Assembly: GCF_009914755.1 (NCBI RefSeq)
Contig: NC_060926.1
Direction: 5' to 3' (one strand)
Length of the DNA stretch: 64,000 nt
Origin: the human T2T-CHM13v2.0 reference genome, Homo sapiens
In this document: positions 30,459-43,908 of the stretch, in pieces
Numbering within the stretch: position 1 is the first letter of the stretch
Layout: each line of letters opens with the position of its first letter
The notes under the pieces: generated by a model
What the model saw: only the letters and a program-made list of their open reading frames with translations
Told to the model about the DNA's origin: nothing
The model's database searches: none
Position numbers and translations under genes: made by a program

Positions 30459-30670
30459 AGACTTGTGCTGTCAAAATTTATAGCCACTAGTCACTGGATT
30501 ATTTAAATTAAATTAATTCATGATAAATACAACTTAAGAATTAGTTCCTCAGTTCCACTAACTGTGTTTCAAGTGCTCAATAGCCGTATGCAGCTGGTGA
30601 AAACTACGTAGAACAGCACAGACATAGAAGATTTCCATCATCACACAAAGTTCTATTGCAAGGCAGCCAC
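30459..30670. mobile_element. MER3-like hAT-Charlie relic
   Basis: tagccactagtcac...tttcaagtgctcaatagccgtatg...atttccatcatcacacaaagttctattg. Confidence 0.8.
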
Positions 30671-32299
30671 TCAGACTGTGAAAGATTTGGACCTTTTCCA
30701 CCTTCCACCCTGTTTCCAACCCATATGGATTCATTCATAGTCTTTCTCCAGGGATAGTTAAACTTAATCAAGGGAAGAGTTTCAGTTCTCCCAAGCATCT
30801 TAAATCTCAGTGGCTTCCTATGAATTTTTATTCCTTTTTATCTAAAACCAATTAAAGTTGTTGCTGTATCATTTTATACCTCACTAATGGCCAGACCCTC
30901 TGGAATTTACTAATGCTGTTACACACCAATCGATAACAATTAACTGCCATGGCTTCAACTTGATCTTCTCCTGGTTCCAGAATTAGCAGTGTGACATCCT
31001 TGGTTTAATTAAGAAATGCAGTTATTCTGAAGCTTCTCAAATCAAATTGATGTAGACTTTTAAAATGATTCCCAGACACTCTTCCATGCCTCCTAGCCAA
31101 CTGAAGCCAGCTTATATTGAAGCAGTTGAGTGGAATCAGCAAGCCAGTCAGCACCAGCATCTGATCTCTTCAGTCTTAATTTTATTTGTTCTGCCTCATT
31201 TCAAAGTTTTTGGGGACTCTTGATTGCCCAAATAATAAAGGATATACTCTGATCTAAATAATCAATTTTCTTTTTCCACCCCAACTTACCTTTAAAACTT
31301 TATTTTCTCCTTCTTCTTCTAAGAAATATTTCAATATGTTTTATTTTGTCATTATTCATGAAATTTGTTATATATTTTGCTACAAGTTTTAACTCTGAAT
31401 GAATCTCTTTATTTACCATTTAGGACCTGATTCAAACCTCATCTTTCCATGACTCTTTCCCAGATCTTTTCATCTGGCATTAGTTATTGCTTCAAGCATG
31501 ATGATACTTTAATATACTGTCTTTTCCTATGAATCTTACTCATTTATTGAACAACTATTAATTAAGGGCCTTCTCCGTACCAGACACTTATGCAGATATT
31601 TAGGAAATATTCACCAGTAAGTTATAATAATAAATTAGTTCCCATATAACTTATGTTTCAGTAGAATTTGATACATTTTAGCAATTCAATATAAGGTTCT
31701 CAAATACAGGTGCTATCTATTCTATCTTCTCCCCACTCGCCCCTTCCCCCTTACTTCTAGGTTCCCAGAGCATTGCTTTGGATTCAGAAATGTATTAATG
31801 AAAAACTTACATGGAACATACCTCAATGTACAGTGATCGTCTACATTTTCAGAGTCCTTCATTCTCTCCTTTTATTAGGCTCCAAAAATGTTCCAAATGC
31901 ATGGTCCCATTCAGACTTCCACTGAGTACTTTGGATTTTTAAATTGCTCCCCTAGCGTAAACTGTGTCTGTCTCTAATTTTCTCTGTTTCTGAAGAAATA
32001 GCAGAAAGCCATCAATCAAGAGCAAGTGCTTACCTCTGTGGTTCTGTTTTATTACTATTGAAGTCTAAACTGTTCAGTGTGAAAATATCCAACTCTCCAA
32101 GAGAAAACAGTAGGATCATTTTTTTGAGGGGGAGGAGAGGGAAAAATAGTATTTTCTAACCAACTGGCTAACCCTTATATGTGAAGGAAGGTATGCTGAC
32201 AATACTCAGAAATCATTTACTTGTTGAGTTTGTCTTATCATAAGTGGCAGATGGTAGACACATCCTCCTTAGGGCTCTAAAGTATAATTCTTATGTTTA

Positions 32300-32435
32300 A
32301 ATAATTTCACAATCTAAAATATATCAGAGAAGACTTACTTAAATCACATTTAAAAATAGTAGTATTGCAAACAATTTCACAATCTAAAAAATATTAGAGA
32401 AGTCTTACTTAAATCACATTTAAAAATAGCAGTAT
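32300..32435. repeat. 70-bp tandem duplication (2 copies)
   Basis: aa[t/c]aatttcacaatctaaaa...cttacttaaatcacatttaaaaatag[t/c]agtat, about 5 mismatches. Confidence 0.92.
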
Positions 32436-33134
32436 AGAGTACAAAAAAAACCAGGTACAATAATAAGATTTGTATTTATGTATTCAAAAAGTGGGCTTTA
32501 GAGAGTACATACCCCTGTGCTATCTTTCATCTTTCTCCCTCTGTTTTTGTTTTTTGTTTCTTTGCAAAGCATTGCTCATAGCGGTTTCATTCACTCACCT
32601 TCCATGACTGCCATTGAAGAGTTTGGACTTTGGGATACCAATGGTCAGCTTCTCATTAACTGGCCGTTTCTCAAAACCCATCTCAGATTTCATAGTTATG
32701 CATCAAATATAATTAAAAATATAAAATAAATTATGATACATATTGTATCTCAAGTGCTATTGGATACTAGATGTGATAATGCTATTTCTAGATAGAATGT
32801 GATTGAAGAAGTCTGGTCACTTTCCAAAAAGTTATTGGAGATTTTCTAATGAGGAAAGTTTACAATTTTTTCTTTTATAATAATACAACATGTAGTGAAC
32901 TATAAAGCTAACCATCATATTACCATTGTCTATATGTAAACATACATATATTTGCAAATATATTTATATTTACAAGCTAAAGTTCATTCGGGTAGAAAGA
33001 TCAAATCATATGCAGCCATACTGGTTTAGAGTCTACTTATTATTTCAAGTGCTAACAATATAAACTCAGTTACTCATTTTCTACTTTTCTCCTTTACCCA
33101 TAAAAATTTGAAAATTTTAAAAGTTTTCAATATA

Positions 33135-33430
33135 GGCCAGGCATGGTAGCTCCTGCCTGTAATCCCAGCACTTTGAGAGGCCAAGGCAGGCAGATCACCG
33201 GAGTTCAGGAGTTTGAGAACAGCCTGGCTGACATGGTGAAACCTCGTCTCTAATAAAAATAGAAAAAATAGCTGAGTGTGGTGATGGGCACCTGTAAACC
33301 CAGTTACTTGAGAGGCTAAGGCAGGACAAGCACTTGAACCCAGGAGGTGTAGGTTGCAGTGACCCAAGGTGCCATTGTACTCCATCCTGGGCAACAAGAG
33401 TGAAACTCCGTCTCAAAAAAAAAAAAAAAA
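33135..33430 (+). mobile_element. AluSq/Sp-like
   Basis: gggcaacaagagtgaaactcc. Degenerate TSD aaaagttt..aatata. Confidence 0.93.
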
Positions 33431-34765
33431 AAAAGTTTAAAATATAAAAAAATTAACAAAAAATTTCAGCAAAAGCATAGCAGCTCTCCTGTCTCCATAT
33501 CAGAGTACCTCCTTTTCTTATGTTAGCAGCAGATGTAGATCATGTCCTCACAGGGGCTTGTTGTGATTATTACACTGGGATTATAATAGGGCTTGCTTCT
33601 GAGAAGCTCCAACAGCATGATGGCAACAAAACTGGCTCAAATGTGAAAACATCGTTCTACAAATTAAGTTTAATATTTTAAATGCAATATTTATCCTGCA
33701 GAGGAAGTCAGCATAGTCTCAAAGTTTTCTTTTAAGGACAACCTCACATCCAGCAGTCAATTAGTGATTTATTTCTTCTTTCAAAAGAAAAAAAAAGAGA
33801 TGACCGCGTATATTCAGAGTACTGTGAGAAGTCAGGGATACCATTTGATCTTTAATCTCACTCTTAAAGTTTATCTCCAGTATGTATAGCCGTCTCCCAA
33901 ATCCCCAATTCACAGATAACCTGTCTATTTGTAAGTTATAGCTCTCTTTCAGAAAATGGATAAAAGGCCCACAGATAGCTTGGACAGCAAAGGTCAGAAA
34001 GTTGTTCTTTGAATAGCATTTCATAATAGACGTTGAAGAAAATTATGAAACCCAAAATGTACATAATCCATCTCTAGAGACTTTTTCTATTTCATTTTAA
34101 ACTTCCAGAAATTATTCCTAAAAGATTAACACAAATCATGGAAAGAGGGAACTAAAAACCTAATGAGATTACCTGGAAGACCAGTTGGCAGGCAAGGAGG
34201 AAATATTTATTTTGTTAACTAGGCAATTTAACTTTCTTTTTAAAATGATCATCATTAAACTCTCACATACAGTAACAGCAGATCATATAGCTATATGTTT
34301 GTGTTTTATATCATTGATCTAATTTTCTCTTGTGAGACAGTCAATTCTGATATTGCAATGTTATTAATGAGAAAACTGAGGAATATAAAGTTGAAATATT
34401 TGTTTAAAGCAACTTGGAGAATAAGGTTTAGTGTCCACATAATTACTCTTGTTTTCTGATTTTAGAGCCTAAACATGATCTATCACTTTTCAAAGCACAT
34501 GACACCAGTTTTAGTTGAAAAGTTAACCAGGAAATATTTGTTCTTTGGGAATTTTTTCATTTTCTCTTCCATACTTTTCATATTAGTTCAGTTTCTATTA
34601 AATCCCCTCTCTGAAAACTTGGAAACAGTAAAAAAAGCTGAGGCCTAATATGCAAGTCTGTTTTTAAAGAATTTACTGTGCTAATTGTGGAGAATGTAAG
34701 TTAAAAATTCTCCAGAATACACCATCTCTGAATATTTTGCAAAATGGAGGAACAGATATCAATGG

Positions 34766-35447
34766 TTGAGTTTTGTGTATGGTGTAAAATAAGGGTCAAA
34801 TTTCATTCTTTTGCATATGGACATCCAGTTTCCCCAGCATCATTCATTGAAGAGACTATCCTTCCCCATTCTATATTCCTGTCCCACTTGTTAAAGATCA
34901 TTTGACCCTGTACGCATAAAGTTATTTCTGGGTTGTCTATACTGTTGTTTGGTTTATATGTCTGACTCTATGCCAGTATGATATAGTTTTAACCACTGTA
35001 GCTTTGTAATATATATTGAAATTAGGATGTGTAACACCTCTAGCTTGGTTCTCTTTCAAGATTATTTTGGCTATTCAGGATCTTTTTTGGTTTTGTATAA
35101 ATTTTAGAATATTTTTAATATAAAAAGAACCACTGGGATGTTGATAGGAATTGTATGAAATCTACAAATCACTTTGGGGAATATAAATATTTTAACATTA
35201 ATTTTTTCCAATCCATAAATATGAAATGCCTTTCCATTTATTTTGTGTCTTCTTTTATTTAATCAATGTTTTATATTTTTCAGTGTACAAGTCTTTCACT
35301 TCTTTGGTTAATTTCATTTCTAAGTCTTTTGTTCTTTTTGGTGCTATTGCAAATAAGATTGTTTTCTTAGTTCCTTTTCAGAGAGTTTATTATAAGTCTA
35401 TAGAAACACAACTGACCTTTGTATGTTTTTTAGTTCTAACAGTTTGT

Positions 35448-35497
<50 letters not shown>

Positions 35498-35815
35498 GCT
35501 TTAGGGTTTTTTATATATAAGATCATGTCATCTGCAAATAGGAACATTTGGCTTACTTTTATTTATTTAATTTTTCTTTCCTAATTACTCTGGCTAGGAC
35601 TTCCAGTTCTATGTTGAATAAAAGTGGTGAGAGTGAGTATCCTTGTCTTGTTCCTGGTATCAGAAGAAAAGCTTTCAATTTCTCCCCATTTATAAAAACA
35701 TTAACTGTGGGTTTTTTACATATGACCTCTAACATGTCGAGATAATATCCCTCCATTCCTAGTTTCTGTGATTTTTTTAATCAAGAAAGGGAGTTGAATT
35801 TTATCAAATGCTCTT
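34766..35815 (-). mobile_element. L1MB-like ORF2 (RT region), inverted 5' segment
   Basis: ORF 35559-35756 ([38 protein letters not shown]) is L1 RT. Contains (GT)n at ~35445-35493. Confidence 0.88.
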
Positions 35816-36333
35816 AAAATAAAAGACAATTGTTGGTGACGTTGTGGAGAAATTGGAAACCTTGTACACTTTTGGTGGAAATGCAAAATGGTTCAGGTAC
35901 TGTGGAAAATAGTATGGAGGTGCCTGAAAAAATTAAAAATAGAACTACCTTATTATTCAGCATCCTGGGCATTTATCTTAAAAATTGAAATTAGAATCTC
36001 AAACATAGATGACCCTTGAGAAAATTATGATAAGTGAAGTCAGCCAGTCACAGAAGGACAAAATACTATATGATTCCATTTGTATGAGACATCTAATAAA
36101 GTCAAGCTTATGGAAGAAAAGTAGAGAATGGTGGTTGCCAGGAGCTGGCGAGAAGAACAAATGGGGAGTTGTTAATTAACAGGTATAAAGTTTCACTTAT
36201 GAACGATAAATACTTCTATAAATCTGTTATAGAACATTTTGCATATAAGTAACAATACCCTATTGTAAACTTAAAAATATGTTACAAGGATAGATCTCCT
36301 GTTATGTGTTCTTATCACAATATTTTTTAAAGC
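35816..36333 (+). mobile_element. L1MB-like 3' end (sense segment of the same insertion)
   Basis: tgtggagaaattggaaaccttg...gtagagaatggtggttgccagg...gatagatctcctgttatgtgttcttatcacaat. Confidence 0.85.
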
Positions 36334-36589
36334 AAAAGTCATCAATGGGTGATTTTTATGGTGTTAGATAATGGCTAAAGCTAAAAAATACAAAACTGTA
36401 AATCCATACAAAGTAACTCAGTTCTAGAGTTATTAAGCGAATGTTGGAATATCTTCTTAATGACGCTTCAGAGATGGATAGAGCATCATTTTAGTTTTGC
36501 ACAAAGAATGCACTGTTACTGCCCTTATTTTCTGAAATGTGTTTTGTAGCGTTATAAGTATATATATCACAATATTGTCTGCTGATTTC

Positions 36590-37027
36590 ATTAAGTGAAA
36601 TAAATTAGGCAAAGAAAAACAGATACCGCATGTTCTCACACATATGTGGGAGCTAAGAATGCTGATCTCACCGAACGGAGGTTAGAATAGCGGTTACCAG
36701 AGGCTGAGAGTAGAGACGACAGGGCTTAAGAGAGAGAGGCTGGTTAATGGGTGCAAAATTACAGCTAGATAAGAGGAATACATTCTGGTGTTCCGTAGGG
36801 CTTCTGGTTGACTATAATCAACAATAATTTATTGTATATTTCAAAATAGCAGAGAAGATTTTCAATGTCCCCAACACCAAGAAATGATAAATGTTTGAGG
36901 AAATGGATGTCCTAATTACCCTGATTTGACCATTACACATCACATAAATGTATAAAAATATCATATGTACCCCCAAAATATGTGAAATTATTTATGAATT
37001 AAAAATAAAAACTAAAAAATAAAAATA
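36590..37027 (+). mobile_element. L1MA4/5-like 3' end
   Basis: gcatgttctcacacatatgtgggagct...aagaaatgataaatgtttgagg...taattaccctgatttgaccattacac, then an A-rich tail. Confidence 0.85.
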
Positions 37028-37389
37028 CCACTAATATTTTTTTCACAAAAATTGTCCAGGTTTTAGAAACCAGGTTGCAAGAAGTTCAGGCAATAATGAT
37101 GCCTTAGATAATTCCTTCTGCAAGAATGTAGAACTCTGCCTTCTCCAGTTGTCACTGAAGAGTCCAGACAGACTTAACTGTTTGAAAGTTAGGGCAAACT
37201 CTAACACTTTGTTTAATTTTGAAAAATATAGTCATTCATAATATGGTGTTGCTTAGACAATATTAAAATGTATTTTTATTAATTATAACTTCTAATTATA
37301 TTTTATGACAATTTTTAAATTATATTTATTTGGAAAATGTATTATTTTAACAAACGTTGTTTCATTATTTACTCTTCCATGTCTTTTCT

Positions 37390-39480
37390 CTAATATTTAT
37401 TACAAAAAATTTAATCTTTACATATGTTTTATCTATATTCGCCAGGGATAGTATATTGTCACATCTTCGTCTCCCTCTTTACAGACACACACACACATAC
37501 GCACGCACACACACACTTTAACCATTTGAAAGTAAGTTGTAGACATCATACTTTATGCCTGCAGAAACAAGGACATTCTACTAAATAACCAAAATACTAT
37601 TATCACACTCAATAAAATGTCACACTGAAACAACAATATCTAATAATGAGTTAAAATTAAAAATCCCCAACTGTACCAGTTATCATTTTTATACCTGTTT
37701 ATGTAAGTTCACTTCAGGATTTGATCAAGAAAAGTACATTGCATTCAGTTATAAGATCTACTTAATCTCATTTAATCTAGAACAGTCATCCCATCTTTGT
37801 TTCTAATATGGCATAGATATGTTACAGAGTGAACGTCACTTGTGTTGAAAAGCAACCCCCATTCCGGACTTGTCATGTAGCTTCCTCAGGAAAATATTTA
37901 GATTAGCATTGCTGTCAGTAGCACTACAGAGATGTACCTGTGTGCATTCCCTTACGTTGTAGGTCCTAAGGTTCCATTGTCCCATTATTACTCATGCTAA
38001 GCTTGAGCGCTTGGTTGGTGGTAGCCTCCCGGTTTCTCCATTGTAAGGGTAACTTTGCCCCCTGTTAATAAATGGTTTGGGAGGTGATGTTTGAGACCAG
38101 TGTCTATCCTTTTCTTAACAATATTTTATAAAAGCTTTCCGCATCCATCAATATTCCTTGCTTGAATAAAGTACTGCATTGGTGGTTGCACAGTTGTGAA
38201 TTTCTAATTCTATCCTTTCTCCCACAGACATTAATTGGCATTCTTCTTTAGTGAAGTGCCCTTACTCTATAATACTAGCAATATTATATTGCTATGAATT
38301 CATGGATTTATTTTCACTTCATGTATTAAAATCTATTAGGATTGTTATTCCTTTTAATGTACAAGTTATGACAAATTTTACCAGTGGAAGGTCTTTCATG
38401 CTGGCTACTGTGTTCTTTCAGCATGTCTCCAACAGTCTTTGGTCCTCTTCCAACTTTCTGACACAACAACCTGTGTTAGGCTCTCTTGTGTTTTCTCTGA
38501 CCTGTACATGTTAGAGAGCGCAGCTCTTCTTATTGGGCAAAAATATTTAGAAATGAAGATATGAGAAATAAGTGTGGTAGGTGCACAAAAAGGGGAGCAT
38601 TATTTCTAGGACCAGTGGATGAAGAGAGCGATAAAAAAACAGAGCTTTGTAAAGATATCGTGAATTTATACTGATACCTCCAATTTATATCTAACACCAT
38701 CCTTAGCTGCCCTCATTCCAGATGTACATCTCACTTCTTATACAGAGAACCTAGAAACATTTCTGTGTTTACTTCTTTTTTGTCTTTTATGCACACATTT
38801 CAGAATTACCACATCAGTATCACTATTAAAAGCAAGTCAGTTAATAAAACTTCAGGTGTTTTGTACTACTTTTTGTCTTTAGAGTATATCTCACGATGGA
38901 TATAAATATAACAACATGTGTTGAAAAGTGATATAGATTAATTCCATTTTTTTCTATATAGTTATTTTTATTTAATTTCTGTTTTATTTTTCCACTCTTA
39001 AATTTAATATTGTTATTAAAAATTATGAAATTTACAAGTTACAGGAATTGAAATTATATTTAGAGAAAATTAAATCATCTTCATCTCTTCTACCTTTTGT
39101 CCCCCATCCAAGACCATTAGCTCTTTCCATAAATTCTTTGCTTATATTTTCTGTAATTCTCTTTTAGAAAGGGTAATTTATATACATATTTTTATTTACA
39201 CAAAAAATAACACATACACTCTATTTCATGTATCTACCTATCTATAATCTACCTGTCTTGTTTTGCACACTGATTTTTTTAATACTTAAAAATATTTTCT
39301 GTAAACTATTGAATTTTAGTTTAATAAAGATGAGATGATCATTATTTTATATGTATACATAATGCTTTACTTTTCAGATGTACAATATTTTACCCAAAGA
39401 GTCATTTTTGATGGGCATGTATTTTCTTTATAAAACTGATATTACATAACAAATGTATTTGTAGACTCTGCCATCATTTC
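37390..39480 (-). mobile_element. L1MC/L1ME-like 3' region
   Basis: aaagtaagttgtagacatcat...aacaaggacattctac...ggtttctccattgtaagggtaac. Confidence 0.65.
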
Positions 39481-40008
39481 AATATCGCTAAGCTATTTTA
39501 ATGAAAATATATAAAACCATATTATATTACTTTCTGCGTATTTAAATCATGTTCACTATTGAATGTATCTTTGATTATTGGTGATTATTATGACCCCCAT
39601 GTATGTTATTCATGCTATTTGTACCTACCTTAAACAACACTCAAATTCTCTGTTTTATGATTATTCTGTTTAATTATTAGACTTTATACCTGATTCCTCG
39701 ATGTTAAAAGGTTAGCTTTAGAAACAGTAAGCTACTTAGGTCTCACAATTTTTGTATTGGGGCATTGTATTTTTCTGGTTTATATGTAAAACATGGAAGC
39801 TTAGAAGGGTTAATTAACGTTCTTATATCTGCCTGAGCCCAAAAACCACTTTATTGACTACTATGCTATGATCATGAGAACAATTTCACAGGGAAGGCTG
39901 AAGCTTTAGCATACATTTATGTCTAGATAGTTGTATCCTCATTTTATGTTCAGTTTTGAAAGACTTAAGTATGAAAACAAAGAGATTAGGTTATAAAAAG
40001 AATATTAT

Positions 40009-40314
<306 letters not shown>

Positions 40315-40519
40315 TTAGATAATAAAAAGTATCAAAATGAAATTTGATTAAAAAAGAAAAACCGGTACAAAAAAAAGAATGTCATCCCTTTGCTTTCAGA
40401 AACAACCTCAAATTTGAGATTTTTTTTTTTCTTATTCCTGAAAGCCTTCTCTTCCTTATATTCATGCCTGGATTATAAATAATCATAGACCTTAAAGGTC
40501 AAAGAAAACAACATGGGGG

Positions 40520-41285
40520 CACTTGAAACAGACCTGGCCTATAGCAAGAGCCTCCTAATTTGTTTGCTTCCTCATTTAACTCTCTCCATTCTATCAACCA
40601 CAAAACTGTCAATGGAATTGACATATATAAATAAAATACATAAATAAGATCATATGGCATCCTTCTAAAAACCCTCCAACTGCTTTCATTATATTTAGAA
40701 TAAGATCCAGCGACCTACTGTTCCCTGTGTCAACCTATGTAGTATAATCCATGCCCACCACAACACCTTTCCAAACTGCTATCTTATAAAGGCTTGCTTC
40801 CCTTTACTTGTTTTTCCTATACTCATGGCTTGTTTCCTTTTACTTGTTTTTCCTGTACGCATGGCTTGTTTCCCAAACATACTGGATTCATTCTTGTCTC
40901 CAGGTGTTTACACTTGTTGATTCCTCTGTTTGTAATGCTTTTACTCCCAAATTTCAACGCAGATCTTCATCTTTCATAATTTGTTTATGCTCTAATGTCT
41001 CCTTTTCAGAAAGAAATTTTTGATCATCCTTTCTAAATTTGTTCCCTTCCTTCTCCCCTTCTCCATAATATCCTACCTCTTACTTTGCTTTATTTTTCTT
41101 CATAACACTTCTAAGTCTCTAGAATTGTATTGTTTACTGTTATTTTTAAACATTTATTCATTGTCTATCATTTTCTCTACCTCCCCTGAAAAGGGGAAGG
41201 GTTTATTTCTGTATCCTTTATCACTGTATTATCAGCATCAGCAACAATACCTGGAACAGATTAATGACAAACCCTTAATTAATTA
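40520..41285 (+). mobile_element. L2 fragment
   Basis: cttctaaaaaccctccaactgctttcattatatttagaataagatcc...caatacctggaacag. Confidence 0.65.
40791..40874. repeat. 36-bp tandem repeat (~2.3 copies)
   Basis: ggcttg[c/t]ttcc[c/t]tttacttgtttttcct[a/g]tac[t/g]cat. Confidence 0.9.
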
Positions 41286-41619
41286 ATTACAGATATGAAG
41301 GTAAAGATAAATGTAGAGACTGGTTTTTCATGTTTAAACCCAAAATAAAAGACTTCTACTACCACAGAGAGATTTTCTGTCATTATCCTCTGTTGATTAT
41401 GAGGGATACATTTGGAGTGCTCTTTTGATATTCGATCAGTGCCATTTTCCTGAAGCCCACACTTCAGTCTGTAAATAAGCTGAGAAATATGCTTGTTTTC
41501 ACAGTCTAGGGTAAATGGACAAGTCACCCTCTAGTCAAAGCTACCTTGTCACTTGTAGGAAATAGTGGATACTTTTTTAAATGACAAAATTACTCCATCT
41601 AATAAAAGTCCCTCTGACA

Positions 41620-41740
41620 TTTATTTTATATATATATTATATATATTATATATATTTTATATATATAAATAATATATATAATATATATGTATATATATTT
41701 TATATATATAAATAATATATATAAAAAATATATATATATC
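41620..41740. repeat. Interrupted (TA)n tract
   Basis: Direct reading. Confidence 0.92.
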
Positions 41741-42149
41741 TGAAGCTTAGAAGGGATATATGTGTGTATATATGTATGTAAAATTCATAAAATTCCAAGT
41801 CTTAACAGGTGGCCTCTTTTTCATTCAAAATTCCAGAACGACAGTTATCCCTATGCTTCATCAATAAAATGTATCACTAGTAAAATTGAATAAATGCAAG
41901 ATCCTAGAAATACTCTCTGGAGAGAAATCCCTCAATAAATTTCATCCACTAAATCTTATAGCTGTCTTCATAATCCAGGTTATCATTTCATATTGAATTA
42001 TAAAATTGACTGGAAGCTAGTCAACAGTCTTCTCCAACTTCATACCCCTTTAATTTATCCTTTGTAGTTGAATTATGTTAACATTCCCAAAAGACTTTTG
42101 AAACATAATTTCTCAGATGAAAAATTTAAAGTAATGGTACATGACATAT

Positions 42150-42610
42150 ATAAATGGATGCTACTTTGTTAGTAAATACAATGGTGGCTTCACTAAGAGA
42201 GAAATTACAAAATTTTAGTGGCCTAATAGAAATTTTTAAAACATACTTTTTTCATGTTTTTCATGTTTAAACCCAAAATATAGGACTTCATGCAGCTATT
42301 CAGTGTGAACAATTCTGATTAAGTGTCTTTCCTTCAACTGATGGCTTAGATACCCAGAATCTTTCCACCTTATGGCTCTATCTTCTTCAATCTGGGGTCA
42401 CCTCCATTTCATTAAGTAGAGAACAAACACATGGTGTTATATGTGAAAGGTATTCAGGCTCTGGGACTAGAAATGGTGCCTATTATTAATTTCTGTTATA
42501 TTCCTTTGATCAAAACTTGGTCATTTAACAGGTGACTGCCATGCAGTCTGCAGAAGGTACTCTAGCTCTTTTGTTAGGAAGTTGGAAAGAGATGATGAAT
42601 GATAATTTAT
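42150..42610 (-). mobile_element. MLT1J-like LTR
   Basis: aaaattttagtggcctaat...atctttccaccttatggctc...tattcctttgatcaaaacttggtcat. Confidence 0.55.
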
Positions 42611-43339
42611 CTTGGCTGCATTCACTCTCACTTCTAATTGTATAGCCTCTCTTTCCAAGAGTAGTGCCTCAAAAATAGTCCTGCTACCTGGATGGAATTT
42701 CTCATGGTTATTTCACTGTCCAAATCAGGTTCATCAGTGGTTAAGTTCTATGAACCATTCCATATGTTTCCATTGTAGTCCCATTTTTGCTTATTTGAGC
42801 CCAAAGCACTATCTCTTTCTCCCTTAAAAAGAGTCTTAACACACTCTTTCTATAGCATTTTTCTTGCTCTTTCCTCAAATGAAAATCAAATTTAACTATT
42901 CAGTTAGACAAGTCTCCTCTGAAAAATAGTTACTCATTATCTCCTACAAATGTATATCTATAAGTCATTCTTCAAATTCTCCAAACCTTCAATGACTTAT
43001 TATTTTCTTTTAATATCACACTAGTGACTCACCTCCAAACATCCTTTGGTGTGTGTGTGTGTATATACTCTTCACACATTTATATTCAAATACACTGTTT
43101 ATTGACTTTTAATAACTTTCAGTCATTTTTCTAGTGGTTATATATTTTCTAGAGTAATTAGATGAACTTCAGCCTCTTGATTTAGTTCTTTTTCCCTCCC
43201 AGTTAAGATTGCTTATTTTTACCGCTGAGTTGCTTATTAGATGACTGATGGCAAGGTGATTTTTTCTGTGTCTCCTTTTCTGTATTGAGGATTGGTGTTT
43301 GAAGAGTTAAGAAGGAGAAAAAGAAGTATGAGTGGATGC

Positions 43340-43908
43340 TGCAAAGTTAAATGGCTACAAACAGTATCAGTCCATTTATATAACATTCTCTAAAACGGGG
43401 TGGACAGCAAAAGGTAAACAGTGGGGCAAGTGAGTATCACTGCCTGAGCTTCACCTCCTGTCAGATCAGTGCGGCATTAGATTCTCATAGGAGCACAAAT
43501 CCTGTTGTCAGCTGAGCATGTGAGGGAGCTGGGTTGTGTGCTCATTATGGAAATCTAATGTCTAATGATCTGAGGTGTAATAGTTTCAACCTGAAACCAC
43601 ACCCCCGCCCCACTCCCATCCATGGAAAAATTGTCTTCCACAAAACCAGTCCCTGGTGCCAAAACGGTTAGGGACTGCTGTTCTAAAGGGCAAAATTATA
43701 AGGCTAGAAAGCAGTTGTTGGCAGGCGCCAGTGGCAAAGATATGAGATTTACTACAAGGGGACATAAAACAACATTTTAGAGTGATGAAAATCTATATCT
43801 GGATAGTGGTTACAAAATTGTATTCATTTCCCCCAAACTTGTCTAACCGCTTGCTTGAATAGGATGACTTTGCTCTGTGTAAACCTAAATAAACTTAATT
43901 TCAAAAAA
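43340..43908 (+). mobile_element. L1MD/L1ME 3' fragment, split by MER1B
   Basis: ccatttatataacattct...ggcaaaattata...ttttagagtgatgaaaatctatatct. Confidence 0.6.
43396..43680. mobile_element. MER1B hAT-Charlie element with an internal deletion near the left end
   Basis: cctcctgtcagatcagtgcggcattagattctcatagg...ccctggtgccaaaacggttagggactgctg. Degenerate 8-bp TSD ctctaaaa/ttctaaag. Confidence 0.9.
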
